The notes under the pieces were generated by a model. The model had not been told where the DNA came from and ran no database searches. It saw nothing but the letters and a program-made list of their open reading frames with translations. Position numbers and translations under genes: made by a program. A DNA stretch of 63,976 nucleotides, counting the filler, from a candidate division WOR-3 bacterium (GTDB lineage Bacteria; SDB-A), in the NCBI GenBank assembly GCA_016934535.1. It is 4 parts of 4 records of this genome, joined end to end, with 100 filler letters (N's around TTAATTAATTAA, not from the genome) between each part and the next. Parts side by side here need not be neighbours in the genome. Positions count along the whole stretch, not along the records: positions 39,920 to 54,705 come from JAFGSQ010000028.1; positions 54,806 to 63,976 come from JAFGSQ010000032.1; 2 more parts are not named here. The stretch is one strand, 5' to 3'. How positions within the stretch are numbered: the first letter of the stretch is position 1; each line of letters opens with the position of its first letter. Below, in pieces: positions 52,349-61,852 of this stretch.

Positions 52349-54418
52349 ATGAGAAGTATTAGAAATATAGGCATAATAGCCCACATAGACGCGGGTAAGA
52401 CGACTACGACCGAAAGAATGCTGTTTTATTCCGGAAAGACGCACAAAATGGGTGAAGTAGACGAGGGAAGTGCGACTACGGATTATCTCGATCAGGAGAA
52501 AGAAAGAGGGATAACCATCACTTCTGCAGTCGTTTCCCTTTTGTGGAAAAAAGCAAACATAAACATCATAGACACTCCAGGTCATGTTGATTTCACTGGT
52601 GAAGTCGAAAGATCTTTGAGAGTTCTGGACGGATCTGTTGTGATTTTCAGCGCGGTCGAAGGCGTGGAATCCCAGTCTGAAACTGTATGGCATCAGGCCG
52701 ATAAATATAAAACACCGAGAATAGTCTATGTTAACAAACTTGACAGAATCGGAGCGGATTTCAAATCCGTCGTCAACGAAATAAAAGAGAAGTTTTCGCA
52801 GTTTCCCCTCATAGTCAACATTCCTTACGGGTACGAAGAAAATTTTACGGGTGTGGCTGACGTGATAGAGAGAAAAATCCTTGTCTGGAACCGTTCGACG
52901 GACGGCTCAAGTTTTGAAATTAAAGCTACAGACGAAAAAACAACCGCTGAAATTGAAAACCAGAGAAATTTCCTAATAGATTATCTTTCCGATTTCAACG
53001 ACGAGATAGCAGATCAGTTCATAAACTCAGGCGACGCCGACAACGATCTCATCAAATCGGAAATCAGAAAATTGACGATTCAGGGAAAAATTGTCCCTGT
53101 TCTCTGCGGGGCTTCGCGCAGGAACGTTGGCGTTCAGCCGCTGCTCGACGCAGTGATGGATTATCTTCCTTCCCCTTTGGATGCAAAAGAGATTGAAGTT
53201 CTCACCGCAAAATACGGCAGGTCTAAGAAAATCACTCTCGATCCGGAAAATCCCTTCCTCGGTCTTGTTTTTAAAATAATCCTTGACGAGCACGTCGGAA
53301 AAGTCCATTTCGTAAGAGTTTACGAGGGGAAATTGAAGACTAAACAAACGGTAATAAATCTGACAACGTCAAAAAATGAAGTTGTCCAAAAAATATTCAG
53401 AATATACGCGGACAAAAGAGTCGAAAGAGATGTCGCTTTGATGGGAGACATAGTAGGAGTGACGGGGCTGAAGAACTCTTTCACAGGAAATACTCTGAGC
53501 GAAGAAAGCAGGGATTTTCTTCTTGAAGAACCGACTTTTCCCGAACCGATAGTATCTGTAGCGGTCGAACCGAAGGCTTCGGCTCATTTTGACAGACTGT
53601 GCGAAACTCTCAATCTTTTTACCCAGGAAGATCCGACGTTTAAATTTGCCGAGGACAAAGAGACCGGACAACTCATCATTTCAGGGATGGGTGAACTATA
53701 TATTGATGTTCTCGCCGAAAGACTCAAACGTGATTTTAAAATTCCCGTCAAACTCGGAAATCCGAGAGTGGCTTACAGGGAAAGCACAGGTAAAACGCAA
53801 AAAATGACTTCGGACATAATCAAGAATATTGGCGGAAAGAAACACACCGTGAGAGTGTCACTTGAGGTAAGACCTCTTGAAAATCACAAAAATGTTTTCA
53901 TAGTTCCCAAGGATTGGAAATTCAACGAAAATAATTCCGTCAGAAAAGCCGTCGAAGAATACGCCGAAGAATTCAAAAGTTATTATTTTCCAGGGCCTAT
54001 CGCCGGATTTCCTTTAATGGGTGTTGAGTGCAGACTTCTGAATGTAGAGACCGACGAAGACGCCAACGAGACAGTCGTGTTGTCTTCGCTCGAAGAAGTT
54101 TTCGAAAAGGCCTGCGCCGCGGCGGATCCTGTTGTTTTAGAGCCGCTCATGAACCTGGAAATATTCGTTCCGGACGATTATTTTGGTGAAGTTATAAAAA
54201 GCCTTCATTCACTCTCTGCGGAAATATCACACATCGAAGATAAAAAGAAATACAAACTCGTTCACGCACAGGTTCCGCTGTCAAAAACATTCGGCTACGC
54301 CTCTGCCATAAGAAGCCTTACCAAGGGAAAAGCAAGCTACACCATGCAGTTTTTGAAATATGAAAAACTGTCTGAGCACGATAAAGATTTCCTGATGAAA
54401 AAGATCCGCGGTTACTGA
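52349..54418 (+). CDS. fusA: Elongation factor G (str-operon copy, divergent domain IV)
   Basis: AHIDAGKTTTTER, ERGITI, DTPGHVDF and NKLD; sits between rpsG and tuf. Confidence 0.92.
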   Translation: MRSIRNIGIIAHIDAGKTTTTERMLFYSGKTHKMGEVDEGSATTDYLDQEKERGITITSAVVSLLWKKANINIIDTPGHVDFTGEVERSLRVLDGSVVIFSAVEGVESQSETVWHQADKYKTPRIVYVNKLDRIGADFKSVVNEIKEKFSQFPLIVNIPYGYEENFTGVADVIERKILVWNRSTDGSSFEIKATDEKTTAEIENQRNFLIDYLSDFNDEIADQFINSGDADNDLIKSEIRKLTIQGKIVPVLCGASRRNVGVQPLLDAVMDYLPSPLDAKEIEVLTAKYGRSKKITLDPENPFLGLVFKIILDEHVGKVHFVRVYEGKLKTKQTVINLTTSKNEVVQKIFRIYADKRVERDVALMGDIVGVTGLKNSFTGNTLSEESRDFLLEEPTFPEPIVSVAVEPKASAHFDRLCETLNLFTQEDPTFKFAEDKETGQLIISGMGELYIDVLAERLKRDFKIPVKLGNPRVAYRESTGKTQKMTSDIIKNIGGKKHTVRVSLEVRPLENHKNVFIVPKDWKFNENNSVRKAVEEYAEEFKSYYFPGPIAGFPLMGVECRLLNVETDEDANETVVLSSLEEVFEKACAAADPVVLEPLMNLEIFVPDDYFGEVIKSLHSLSAEISHIEDKKKYKLVHAQVPLSKTFGYASAIRSLTKGKASYTMQFLKYEKLSEHDKDFLMKKIRGY

Positions 54419-54637
54419 CGCTATGTTTCGACTTGTAGAGATAAAATATGCTTGACAGGATTTTAAAAATATGTCAAATTCATAGTCTTTTTGATTACAT
54501 CCGCAAGGATTCTATTTATCTGAATTAAGTTATAATTTTTTATAAGTTAATTGGATTAGCTATTTTTGGGTCTATTGGCGATTTAGTGATACTTTGAAGA
54601 TAAAAACTCAACTTTATGTTCAACAAAGGAGAGGGAT

Positions 54638-54705
54638 ATGGCGAAAGAGAAGTTTGAGAGGAAGAAGCCTCATTTAAATATAGGCACGATAGGCCATGTA
54701 GATCA
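54638..54705 (+). CDS. tuf: Elongation factor Tu, 5' end only (second copy)
   Basis: [22 protein letters not shown] after GGAGAGGG. Confidence 0.95.
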
Positions 54706-54805
54706 NNNNNNNNNNNNNNNNNNNNNNNNNNNNNNNNNNNNNNNNNNNNTTAATTAATTAANNNNNNNNNNNNNNNNNNNNNNNNNNNNNNNNNNNNNNN
54801 NNNNN
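54706..54805. other. Artificial contig linker
   Basis: 100-nt N-run with TTAATTAATTAA. Confidence 0.97.
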
Positions 54806-54902
54806 CTGCAAATTTTATAACTTCGTGCAGTTCTCTTATTTGCTTTGGTAAATATGAGAGCCTTCGTGGTAAAAATTGTATTATTTCTTAAATTCAAAAA
54901 CG

Positions 54903-56342
54903 TCAATCCAACCAAAAAAAATATTTCGCATCAAACGGTTCGCCTGTAGCGTTGAATAAAATGTCCCTGAAAGAAACTTCGTTTCCCATGGCGTAGACCT
55001 TTTCTTTCATAAATCCAAATACCTCTGGTCTTAGATAACTGCCGAATTTCTTGTATATGCAAGAAGCCAACTGGTTTGAAATTACGTGGCCGACGAGGTA
55101 AGAATAACCGTAAAATGGATATCTCGCAGTTCCCATTATGGAATCACCCCAATTTCTCCTTCCCTCAATACCCGTCCAGTCTTTTATCAAATTTTCGTAA
55201 TAATCGTCTGCCTCATCAACGGTTAAATCCTTTGAATGAAGTTCGAGTTCGAACAAAGTGCTTATCACATTGCCTAAAAAAACGTTGTAGTTATTGCTGA
55301 ATACTTTTTTAGACATAATATCAATGTCGCCTGAATCTTTTACACTTTGGCCAAGACTCTCTTTTAAAACGAGCAATTTATCTACAATGCCTGCCATTGC
55401 TTCGCAAAAATGACCGGGCATTTCCTTGAAAATAAAATCCTTGGCCTCGATGTTTGAATGGTGAAGAGCATGACCGAATTCATGAAAAATGCAATACAAA
55501 TAATCGGAAAGACTTTTGTCGGTGTTTATGAATACCCTGACATCATTAGGCACAGACACGTCAATACATTCGGTCGTTTCATGATGAGCGGATCCCTCTT
55601 CTGTCTCGAAGATTTGAATATTTTTATAAGAAGAGTCTATACCCCAATGACTTAAAAATCCGTTCAGCAAATCTTTTCCTTTTTCTCTGCAAAAGTATTT
55701 GCTCATTACCGAGTTGTTTTCATTGAACTTTTTTTGAACATTGTTTTCGGCAATGTCTTTGCGCGTTCTCTTTATTATTTCGTCTTTCAGAGAATCAAAC
55801 ATATCTCTCAATTCTTTTTCAGTCATGTCTTTGTCGCTGAAATATAGATCGGAATACGATGAATATCCCTCCTGCACCGAGAGAATGTTCCTCCTTTTTG
55901 CTAACCCTAAAATGTTCTGTTTAAATTTTTCGAAAAATTTGTACAAAACACTTCTGTAGTATTTGACTTCTTCTTCGTTTTCGCCGGAGTAAATCTTGTG
56001 TTGGAGTTCCATGAAACCGAATTTCTTACTCTCTATTTCGATTGCGCCCGAAAGCATCATATTTGAAGCGGTTTCGTATATAGCTGATAATTCGGGGTCT
56101 GATTCGAGACGTTTTTTAGCGAAATATACGTTTAGCAGAGACCACTTGCGTTTATCTATTTCGTCGGCGGCGTTTTTTAAACCAGATTTAATAAAACAGT
56201 CAATATTTTTGTCGAAGAAAAAATCCCTGTATTTGTTATCCTTTCCGAGAGGTTCGTTTTTCGACAAATGCCGCCAGTAATTCAATTTGGTTTCAGTGTG
56301 AATTCTTTCGAGTTCGCTGTTTATGTATTGATAGGTGATCAT
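54903..56342 (-). CDS. Zinc metallopeptidase, M3/M2-like gluzincin
   Basis: FHEFGHALH with downstream FCEAMA third ligand; RNILS...GYSSY; YSYLVG. Confidence 0.8.
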   Translation of the reverse strand: MITYQYINSELERIHTETKLNYWRHLSKNEPLGKDNKYRDFFFDKNIDCFIKSGLKNAADEIDKRKWSLLNVYFAKKRLESDPELSAIYETASNMMLSGAIEIESKKFGFMELQHKIYSGENEEEVKYYRSVLYKFFEKFKQNILGLAKRRNILSVQEGYSSYSDLYFSDKDMTEKELRDMFDSLKDEIIKRTRKDIAENNVQKKFNENNSVMSKYFCREKGKDLLNGFLSHWGIDSSYKNIQIFETEEGSAHHETTECIDVSVPNDVRVFINTDKSLSDYLYCIFHEFGHALHHSNIEAKDFIFKEMPGHFCEAMAGIVDKLLVLKESLGQSVKDSGDIDIMSKKVFSNNYNVFLGNVISTLFELELHSKDLTVDEADDYYENLIKDWTGIEGRRNWGDSIMGTARYPFYGYSYLVGHVISNQLASCIYKKFGSYLRPEVFGFMKEKVYAMGNEVSFRDILFNATGEPFDAKYFFWLD

Positions 56343-56532
56343 TTATTTTCCTCCTCAATATAAATTTTCAATGCGGCTAGATTTAAGGCATTAAGCTCAA
56401 AACATAATGCACTAATTGTTTTTTCTTTTTTACCGGGAAAATATATAATCAGGTATCTACAAATTCATAATTGAAATTATATGGCATTTTAGGAATATTT
56501 CAATGATTATTCGCGGAAACTTGATCAAAGCA

Positions 56533-56997
56533 CTATATAGTCTTACGCATTTTATAGTGTTTTTTGTCTCTTTGGCCGGATATTTTAAATCCGGATTTTT
56601 CGTAAAATTTTATTGCGCAGGTATTCTTTTTTGAAACATCCAGTATAATTTCATTACAGCCCTGTCCTTTTAAGATATCGACCACATAGTCCATCAGATT
56701 CCGGCCCTGACCCATGCCTCTTTTACTTTCAATAATATAATCGAAACAAAGACAGCCGATCTCTTTATGCTTTTCCAATGGAAAACAAAAGACAAATCCG
56801 ATTTTTTCCGTTTCTTCGAGCATGACAGAAGCAAAGACAGGGTTTTTCTCCTGGATTTTAGATATTCCTGCTATCAATGATTCTCCGTCTTTTAAAGGAT
56901 CATCAGGCAATTCGCCGGTCAAACTCTTCGTGTCATAAAGAGCATTAATGACAAAATCTCTGTCCATACTGACGTCAAAGGGTCGAAACGTATTCAT
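56533..56997 (-). CDS. GNAT family N-acetyltransferase
   Basis: RGMGQGRNLM acetyl-CoA motif; N..AIKFYEKSGF. Confidence 0.9.
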   Translation of the reverse strand: MNTFRPFDVSMDRDFVINALYDTKSLTGELPDDPLKDGESLIAGISKIQEKNPVFASVMLEETEKIGFVFCFPLEKHKEIGCLCFDYIIESKRGMGQGRNLMDYVVDILKGQGCNEIILDVSKKNTCAIKFYEKSGFKISGQRDKKHYKMRKTI

Positions 56998-57112
56998 GCT
57001 TATGATACATCCTCTGTTTAATTACAAAACTTATATTATCATTTTCAAATCCCGGATTTAAGAATAAAATCAAGTTTCCGGATAGTCGTTATAAATGTTT
57101 AAAGGAGAAAAT

Positions 57113-57850
57113 ATGAGAATATTTTTATTTGTGCTGACGACGGCGGCGATTGCTATGAATTTATTTTCATCCGACACGCAGATCGCAGAGATAATTGAAA
57201 CTCATTATTCTGTAGCGATCTCAGGCGGGGATTTTGTCAAAAACTCAATCATGTATTCTTTTCAAAACTTCTACGATTCATCGGGCAACAAAGTTCTCGA
57301 TGTAAGATTCGATTCGCTCGGCGTCGAAATAAAAAGATACGTCTACGAGTACGACGAATCAGGCAACAGGACCGAACAGAATCAGTTCATACCGGAAGGC
57401 CTTCTCGTGCGAAAAATAGTTTACACTTACGACGACGCAGGAATGCTGACCGAAGACAACAGTTACGACTCTCTCGGCAACCACGAAAAAAGATACACCT
57501 ATATTTATGATGCCAAAGGCCTTCTCGTAGAAGACAGAAGCTATTCAAATTCAGGGCAATTATTAAAAAAGCATGTTTATTATTACGACGAAGAAGGATC
57601 GAAAACCAGTTGTGAAATTTCCGATTCGATTGGATCACTCGTGGTAACCATCGAGTATTCATTTTATACAGTAAATGAAAATACGATTTACACTGAAGAA
57701 CGATACATCGATTCTGAAGGTGTTATAATTCAAACAGTAGATTTTGATTTTGAATACGACGAACACGGAAGATGGACTGTTAAAAAGGTATACATAGATG
57801 AAGACGTCGTAGAAATCATCGAACGGCAATACATTCCTGCCGCGAGATAA
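57113..57850 (+). CDS. Secreted YD-like repeat protein
   Basis: Signal peptide; roughly 24-aa repeats of Y.YD..G...E......G; AAGGAG RBS. Confidence 0.8.
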   Translation: MRIFLFVLTTAAIAMNLFSSDTQIAEIIETHYSVAISGGDFVKNSIMYSFQNFYDSSGNKVLDVRFDSLGVEIKRYVYEYDESGNRTEQNQFIPEGLLVRKIVYTYDDAGMLTEDNSYDSLGNHEKRYTYIYDAKGLLVEDRSYSNSGQLLKKHVYYYDEEGSKTSCEISDSIGSLVVTIEYSFYTVNENTIYTEERYIDSEGVIIQTVDFDFEYDEHGRWTVKKVYIDEDVVEIIERQYIPAAR

Positions 57851-57855
57851 ACTGT

Positions 57856-57884
57856 TTGACCTTTGTTATATGATGAATTAGTAT
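57856..57884 (+). promoter_or_regulatory. Putative sigma70 promoter of selenoprotein gene 1
   Basis: TTGACC-17 nt-TAGTAT. Confidence 0.5.
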
Positions 57885-57911
57885 TTTTTAACCTTTAAAA
57901 GTGAGGTACTG

Positions 57912-58946
57912 ATGAAATTTGCCCTCGCTCTCCTTTTAGCCGTTTCTCTGTCCGGATCGTTGTTCGGAGCCCAGAGAATGGCGGTCCTCGAAGAATTCAC
58001 AAGTCACACCTGACCTTCGTGCGCAAACGCCAGCCGTGAGCTGGATTCTCTTGCAGTTCAATACGCAGACTGCACTGCCGTCATCGCCTATTACATAAGC
58101 AACGGTTTACCATATTATTCGGCTGAAGGCAGGCAGAGGTTGAATTTTTACCCTCCGCCTTACTGGTATAACGGTTCGTTTGTTTACGCGACACCCTGGC
58201 TTTGGTTGGACGGAAACAAGGACCCCGGATACAGTTACTCTGGCTGGGAGACTTATTTGACAAACAGGCTGTCAGTCCCTTCCCAGCTCGATATAGACAT
58301 GTACGCCGAATTCAACTCCCAAACGAACGCGGGATTCGTCGACATCTGGGTCTACAACGAAGGAGCGGACACACTCGTTAGAAAGCTAGTCTGCGTCCTC
58401 ACTGAGTCGGGTCTTTATTATGTCGCGTCTAACGGCCTTCAGTGGCACGACCATGTGTGCAGGGATATGATACCGGACCAAAACGGGACGCAAATCACCC
58501 TTTATCCCGGCGACACTACTTATGTCCACCTCGACTTCACCTTCGATCCGACTTGGGTGGCAGCAAACTGCGAAGTTTTGTGCCTGGTTCAGCACGATTC
58601 CCTGACCGCCGACAGCATAAAGGACATCATGCAGGGAGGAAAAACTTCATTGGTTGCAAACGCTGTTGAAGAACAGCCCGTATCACTTCCCCGGGAATTC
58701 AAATTTTCAGTCTGTTATACAAACGATATCACCGTCGAATACGCCCTTCCGTTTGCCTCCCGTGTAAAATATGAAATAGTTGACGTATCAGGCAGAGTTC
58801 TTCAAACGCGCAATCTCGGCGTCCAGAATGCGGGACAGAACTTTTTGAGAATAAACAGATCGGAAATCAATTGCTCTTCAGGGGCGGCTTTCCTGATAAT
58901 GAAGATAGACGACACCGAATACACTGAAAAACTTATTTTCTTTTAA
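57912..58946 (+). CDS. Omp28-like thioredoxin-fold secreted protein, predicted selenoprotein (U34, UxxC), with T9SS-like CTD
   Basis: GAGGT RBS; ATG 57912 gives MKFALALLLAVSLSGSLFGAQRMAVLEEFTSHT-TGA(58011)-PSC and stays in frame with ORF 58140-58946. Confidence 0.85.
58030..58044 (+). promoter_or_regulatory. Candidate bacterial SECIS hairpin
   Basis: CCAGC-CGTGA-GCTGG; loop begins 21 nt after the TGA. Confidence 0.6.
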
Positions 58947-58953
58947 TAGGCTC

Positions 58954-58988
58954 AACCGCGGATTTTCCGCTGAAAATCCGCGGTTTTC
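58954..58988. terminator. Intrinsic terminator
   Basis: Perfect 14-bp stem AACCGCGGATTTTC-CGCT-GAAAATCCGCGGTT followed by T's. Confidence 0.8.
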
Positions 58989-59038
58989 TTGGTAAACAAT
59001 ATATTTCATAATCCCAAAGATTCTCAGCGCGAACAGCG

Positions 59039-59965
59039 TCAGAGAGGTCTGTTGAGGCTCCTCAGGCATTTTGCGAAAACATCGTCTCTTATTTTTCTTT
59101 CGAGATGAGGAATGTTTCGCGGGACCCGGTTCAGATATTGAGCGATGTCTTTTCTTTTACTTGCAGTAAAATGAAGCGCGAGCCTGACGAAAAGAGCGCG
59201 GGCTCCGACAATTTCATTTCTGCGTTTGATTCCTTTTAAATCAAATACCGGAATGCCGGTTATCTTTTCTGTCATTTCGGCGACTTCGTCGAGAGTTTTG
59301 GTTTTTTCGGTCTGGATCACTATATTTCTGCCTTGTGTCCTTTTGACCTGTTCAATGAACTCTTCATTTCCAAGTATATTTCCGTCCGTCGATATATCTA
59401 ATGAGAATTTATTTTCTTTGACCGCTGATTCCAAAATGTATTCGTTGTATTTTTTTATCGCGGCTTCAGGATCCGGATCGAACCTCGGCAATACTTTGTC
59501 TTTGTCAACGAGGCCGCTTTTTTCGGCGCTGATATAGGTTTTGTGAGAACTCCATTCATACAGAGAAGGATCTTGAACGGCGCCTGTCAACAAGCATTTC
59601 AAATGTATATAACTGATGAGAGAGAGCAATAACGACTCTTTGTCGCAAAGCACGGCTTTGTACCTGCCTTGAAACAGGTGTCCTTCTGTGTCGTGCTGTT
59701 TGTTGAACCATTGAGTATAAGACTGCATCAATCCCTGCATAATCCTCGATAGCGGAACCAAATCGGTTTCTATAAGCAAATGAAAGTGATTTTCGAAAAG
59801 GGAGTAAGCATAAACGGCAAAGTTGTATTTTTCCTTGTAATCTTTCAGCTTTGACAAAAACTTTCTTTTGTCCTCATCGTTAAGGAAAACAGGCGATCCG
59901 TGATTGCCCCTCGCCTTGACGTGATAAAGGGCTCCCGGGAATTCAATTCTTCTTTTTCTTGACAT
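59039..59965 (-). CDS. RAYT-like Y1 (HUH) tyrosine transposase with C-terminal DnaA-like HTH
   Basis: YHVKARGN, NHFHLL (HUH), GHLFQGRYKA, YIH and YEWSS. Confidence 0.88.
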   Translation of the reverse strand: MSRKRRIEFPGALYHVKARGNHGSPVFLNDEDKRKFLSKLKDYKEKYNFAVYAYSLFENHFHLLIETDLVPLSRIMQGLMQSYTQWFNKQHDTEGHLFQGRYKAVLCDKESLLLSLISYIHLKCLLTGAVQDPSLYEWSSHKTYISAEKSGLVDKDKVLPRFDPDPEAAIKKYNEYILESAVKENKFSLDISTDGNILGNEEFIEQVKRTQGRNIVIQTEKTKTLDEVAEMTEKITGIPVFDLKGIKRRNEIVGARALFVRLALHFTASKRKDIAQYLNRVPRNIPHLERKIRDDVFAKCLRSLNRPL

Positions 59966-60035
59966 ACTATTTTGTATCAGGTCAATTGACTTTAATCAAG
60001 CATTATTGCTATTTTTCAGAACGACCCCATGGAAT

Positions 60036-60075
60036 GTAAATATTACTTGACAAAATGTAAACAATACTTTACTAA
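60036..60075 (+). promoter_or_regulatory. Promoter with tandem palindromic operators for the XRE regulator
   Basis: GTAAA-N6-TTGAC (60036-60051) and GTAAA-N6-TTTAC (60057-60072) overlap TTGACA-17-TACTAA. Confidence 0.65.
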
Positions 60076-60081
60076 TTGCTT

Positions 60082-60285
60082 GTGAAAAACAAAGTAAAAC
60101 AGTTCCGGTTTCAAAAAAATGAAATGACTCAACAGAAACTTGCTGAATTAACCGGCGTGTCGAGGCAGACAATAATAGCAATAGAAAAAGGGGCTTTCAA
60201 CCCTTCAGTAAGACTCGCTCTGAAAATAGCAAAAATATTAGAAACCGGCGTCGAGTCGCTTTTCTTTTTGGAAGAAAAAGATTAA
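60082..60285 (+). CDS. XRE/Cro-CI family HTH regulator
   Basis: MTQQKLAELTGVSRQTIIAIEKG.FNPSV.LAL; probable leaderless GTG start. Confidence 0.92.
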   Translation: MKNKVKQFRFQKNEMTQQKLAELTGVSRQTIIAIEKGAFNPSVRLALKIAKILETGVESLFFLEEKD

Positions 60286-60299
60286 AAAGTGAGGATAAA

Positions 60300-60980
60300 A
60301 TGAAAATATCAGAAAGCGTTTTAAGGAACATCTGGCTTATATTCCTCGTCATTTTGCTTTTTTTGGCCAACGCCGTTCCATATTGGGTCTTTGTCGCTTC
60401 AGCGTCCGTTCTTTTTCTTTCCCCTGTTTTGCTGGAATTCAACAGAAAGAGGTTAATAGACGAAAGGCAGATCCAGATAAGCCATTTCTCGAGCCACGTA
60501 TCTTTTTACGTTGTTTTGGCTCTTTTGTTCCTTGTAATAAATAGAGAGTACATTTCAAAAGGCGTAAATCCTCCCCCTCAGTTCTATGCGCTGATCGTTG
60601 TACCCTTTGTCTTGAAAATGCTTATAAGTCTGTATCAAAACTACGGCCCGGTTCCGACTGCGCAGTGGACCGGATACTTTTTTTCGTTTTTCTGGCTTCT
60701 TTTTGTAGTTCTTTCTCACGGCTTCAGCGCCGCGACTCTGATAGAGTCCGTTCCATTTGTCGTTATTTTTCTCGTCTCGTTGTTTTCTAAAAAATTTCCT
60801 CTTGCCGGAGGCATCCTTTTCCTTCTTCTGACTGCGGCTTTGCTCGCATTTTTCAGAGGCTGGTGGCGGCTTGACGTCTACGTAAGACTGCTGATGTATT
60901 CGCTCATTCCGCTTCCGCTTTTTATGAGCGGATGCGGGCTCCTCTATCATTATTTCGCCGGCAGAAAGCATGATGCGTAA
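60300..60980 (+). CDS. Hypothetical multi-pass membrane protein
   Basis: About 8 hydrophobic segments; DER motif common in partners of this regulator family. Confidence 0.8.
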   Translation: MKISESVLRNIWLIFLVILLFLANAVPYWVFVASASVLFLSPVLLEFNRKRLIDERQIQISHFSSHVSFYVVLALLFLVINREYISKGVNPPPQFYALIVVPFVLKMLISLYQNYGPVPTAQWTGYFFSFFWLLFVVLSHGFSAATLIESVPFVVIFLVSLFSKKFPLAGGILFLLLTAALLAFFRGWWRLDVYVRLLMYSLIPLPLFMSGCGLLYHYFAGRKHDA

Positions 60981-61254
60981 ATTTATTTTTGTAGCAATGA
61001 TGTTGTTTTCATATATTTCAGCGAACTCTGCAGGGAGAGATCAGGTTGATCTGTCAGTTGTTTTCAGCGGACACGTACTCGTTGGAACAGGTTACACGCG
61101 CTTTTTCGACGAAAGAAATGCGCTTCACGCAACGGCGTATCTGATACCTGCAAACGGAATGCCAATGGCTTTTGACGTCGGATACTTGCGGTTTACTGTG
61201 GGTGTCGTTATTTCTAAACAGATCGAGCCCGTTGATAATTCCGACCGGAATTAA
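60970..61254 (+). CDS. Hypothetical short secreted protein (possibly truncated)
   Basis: Signal-peptide-like N-terminus; overlaps the upstream stop. Confidence 0.5.
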   Translation: MMRKFIFVAMMLFSYISANSAGRDQVDLSVVFSGHVLVGTGYTRFFDERNALHATAYLIPANGMPMAFDVGYLRFTVGVVISKQIEPVDNSDRN

Positions 61255-61299
61255 ACTAAATTACGGAAGAAGATTTTAGTTTTTATCCACAATAAAACT

Positions 61300-61695
61300 C
61301 TAATGCGGCTGAGGCTTCGCCGATGAATGATGATGGATTATTTCCCAATTACCTTCATCTGAAAGCCTCCAGCAAAACGTAAAACGGGCATTCACTATTT
61401 CTCTTCCCGAAGACGAATCGATTTCGAAATTGTAGTGCCCGGAATGGACATAAAATTTATCCGATAATACATGCAACTCTTCTTCCTCGATCGTTCCCGC
61501 AGGATTTTTCTCAAGGAAATGTATGAAATAGTCACGTGCACCTTTTTTGCCTTTTTTGAATTCGCCAGAGACTGTTGGAAGAAAAGTGGAATCTTCCGAA
61601 TAAAGTTCCGCAACTTTTTCAGGATCAAGCGTTTTAAGTGAGGTCAGCCATTTTACCGAGTTGTTTTCAGCAATTTCTTTTATTATATCCTTCAT
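61300..61695 (-). CDS. SnoaL/NTF2-like SgcJ/EcaC-family protein, probable iota-class carbonic anhydrase
   Basis: FLPTVS, YF.HFL.K.P.G, SG.Y.F, ARFTF and IIHHHSS motifs. Confidence 0.75.
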   Translation of the reverse strand: MKDIIKEIAENNSVKWLTSLKTLDPEKVAELYSEDSTFLPTVSGEFKKGKKGARDYFIHFLEKNPAGTIEEEELHVLSDKFYVHSGHYNFEIDSSSGREIVNARFTFCWRLSDEGNWEIIHHHSSAKPQPH

Positions 61696-61761
61696 TTTAT
61701 TCTCCTTCTCAGAAATATAATATTATCATTCAGCTTTTTCTCCGTATTCTTGAGGAAAATA

Positions 61762-61806
61762 TTAACACTTTTTTAATAAATATTTTATCCCAAAAAAATA
61801 TTTACA
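61762..61806 (+). promoter_or_regulatory. Putative Pho box upstream of pstS
   Basis: 11-bp periodic hexamers TTAACA, TTAATA and TTTATC, plus TTTACA at 61801. Confidence 0.5.
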
Positions 61807-61852
61807 AAATAAACTTCTCCAAAACTCAACAGAAACTAAAAGGAGGTTTAAA

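Noticed and set aside
43399-53807. Many 60-235 aa alternative-frame or antisense ORFs within rpoB, rpoC and fusA
   Set aside because: Shadow ORFs with no recognisable motifs
39920-54705. tuf fragments at both ends of this contig, suggesting pseudogenes or a circular element
   Set aside because: Expected assembly breaks at the two near-identical tuf copies
29933-54805. Three identical TTAATTAATTAA motifs inside N-runs
   Set aside because: Artificial scaffold linkers, not biological repeats; genes across them are not neighbours
54806-54880. CTTCGTG repeated twice at the contig start, possibly REP-like
   Set aside because: Too short and truncated by the contig edge to support a call
57260-57620. 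Periodic repeats considered as a CRISPR array or RHS toxin
   Set aside because: Degenerate coding repeats in a short protein; no identical direct repeats, no RHS core end, no cas genes in the window
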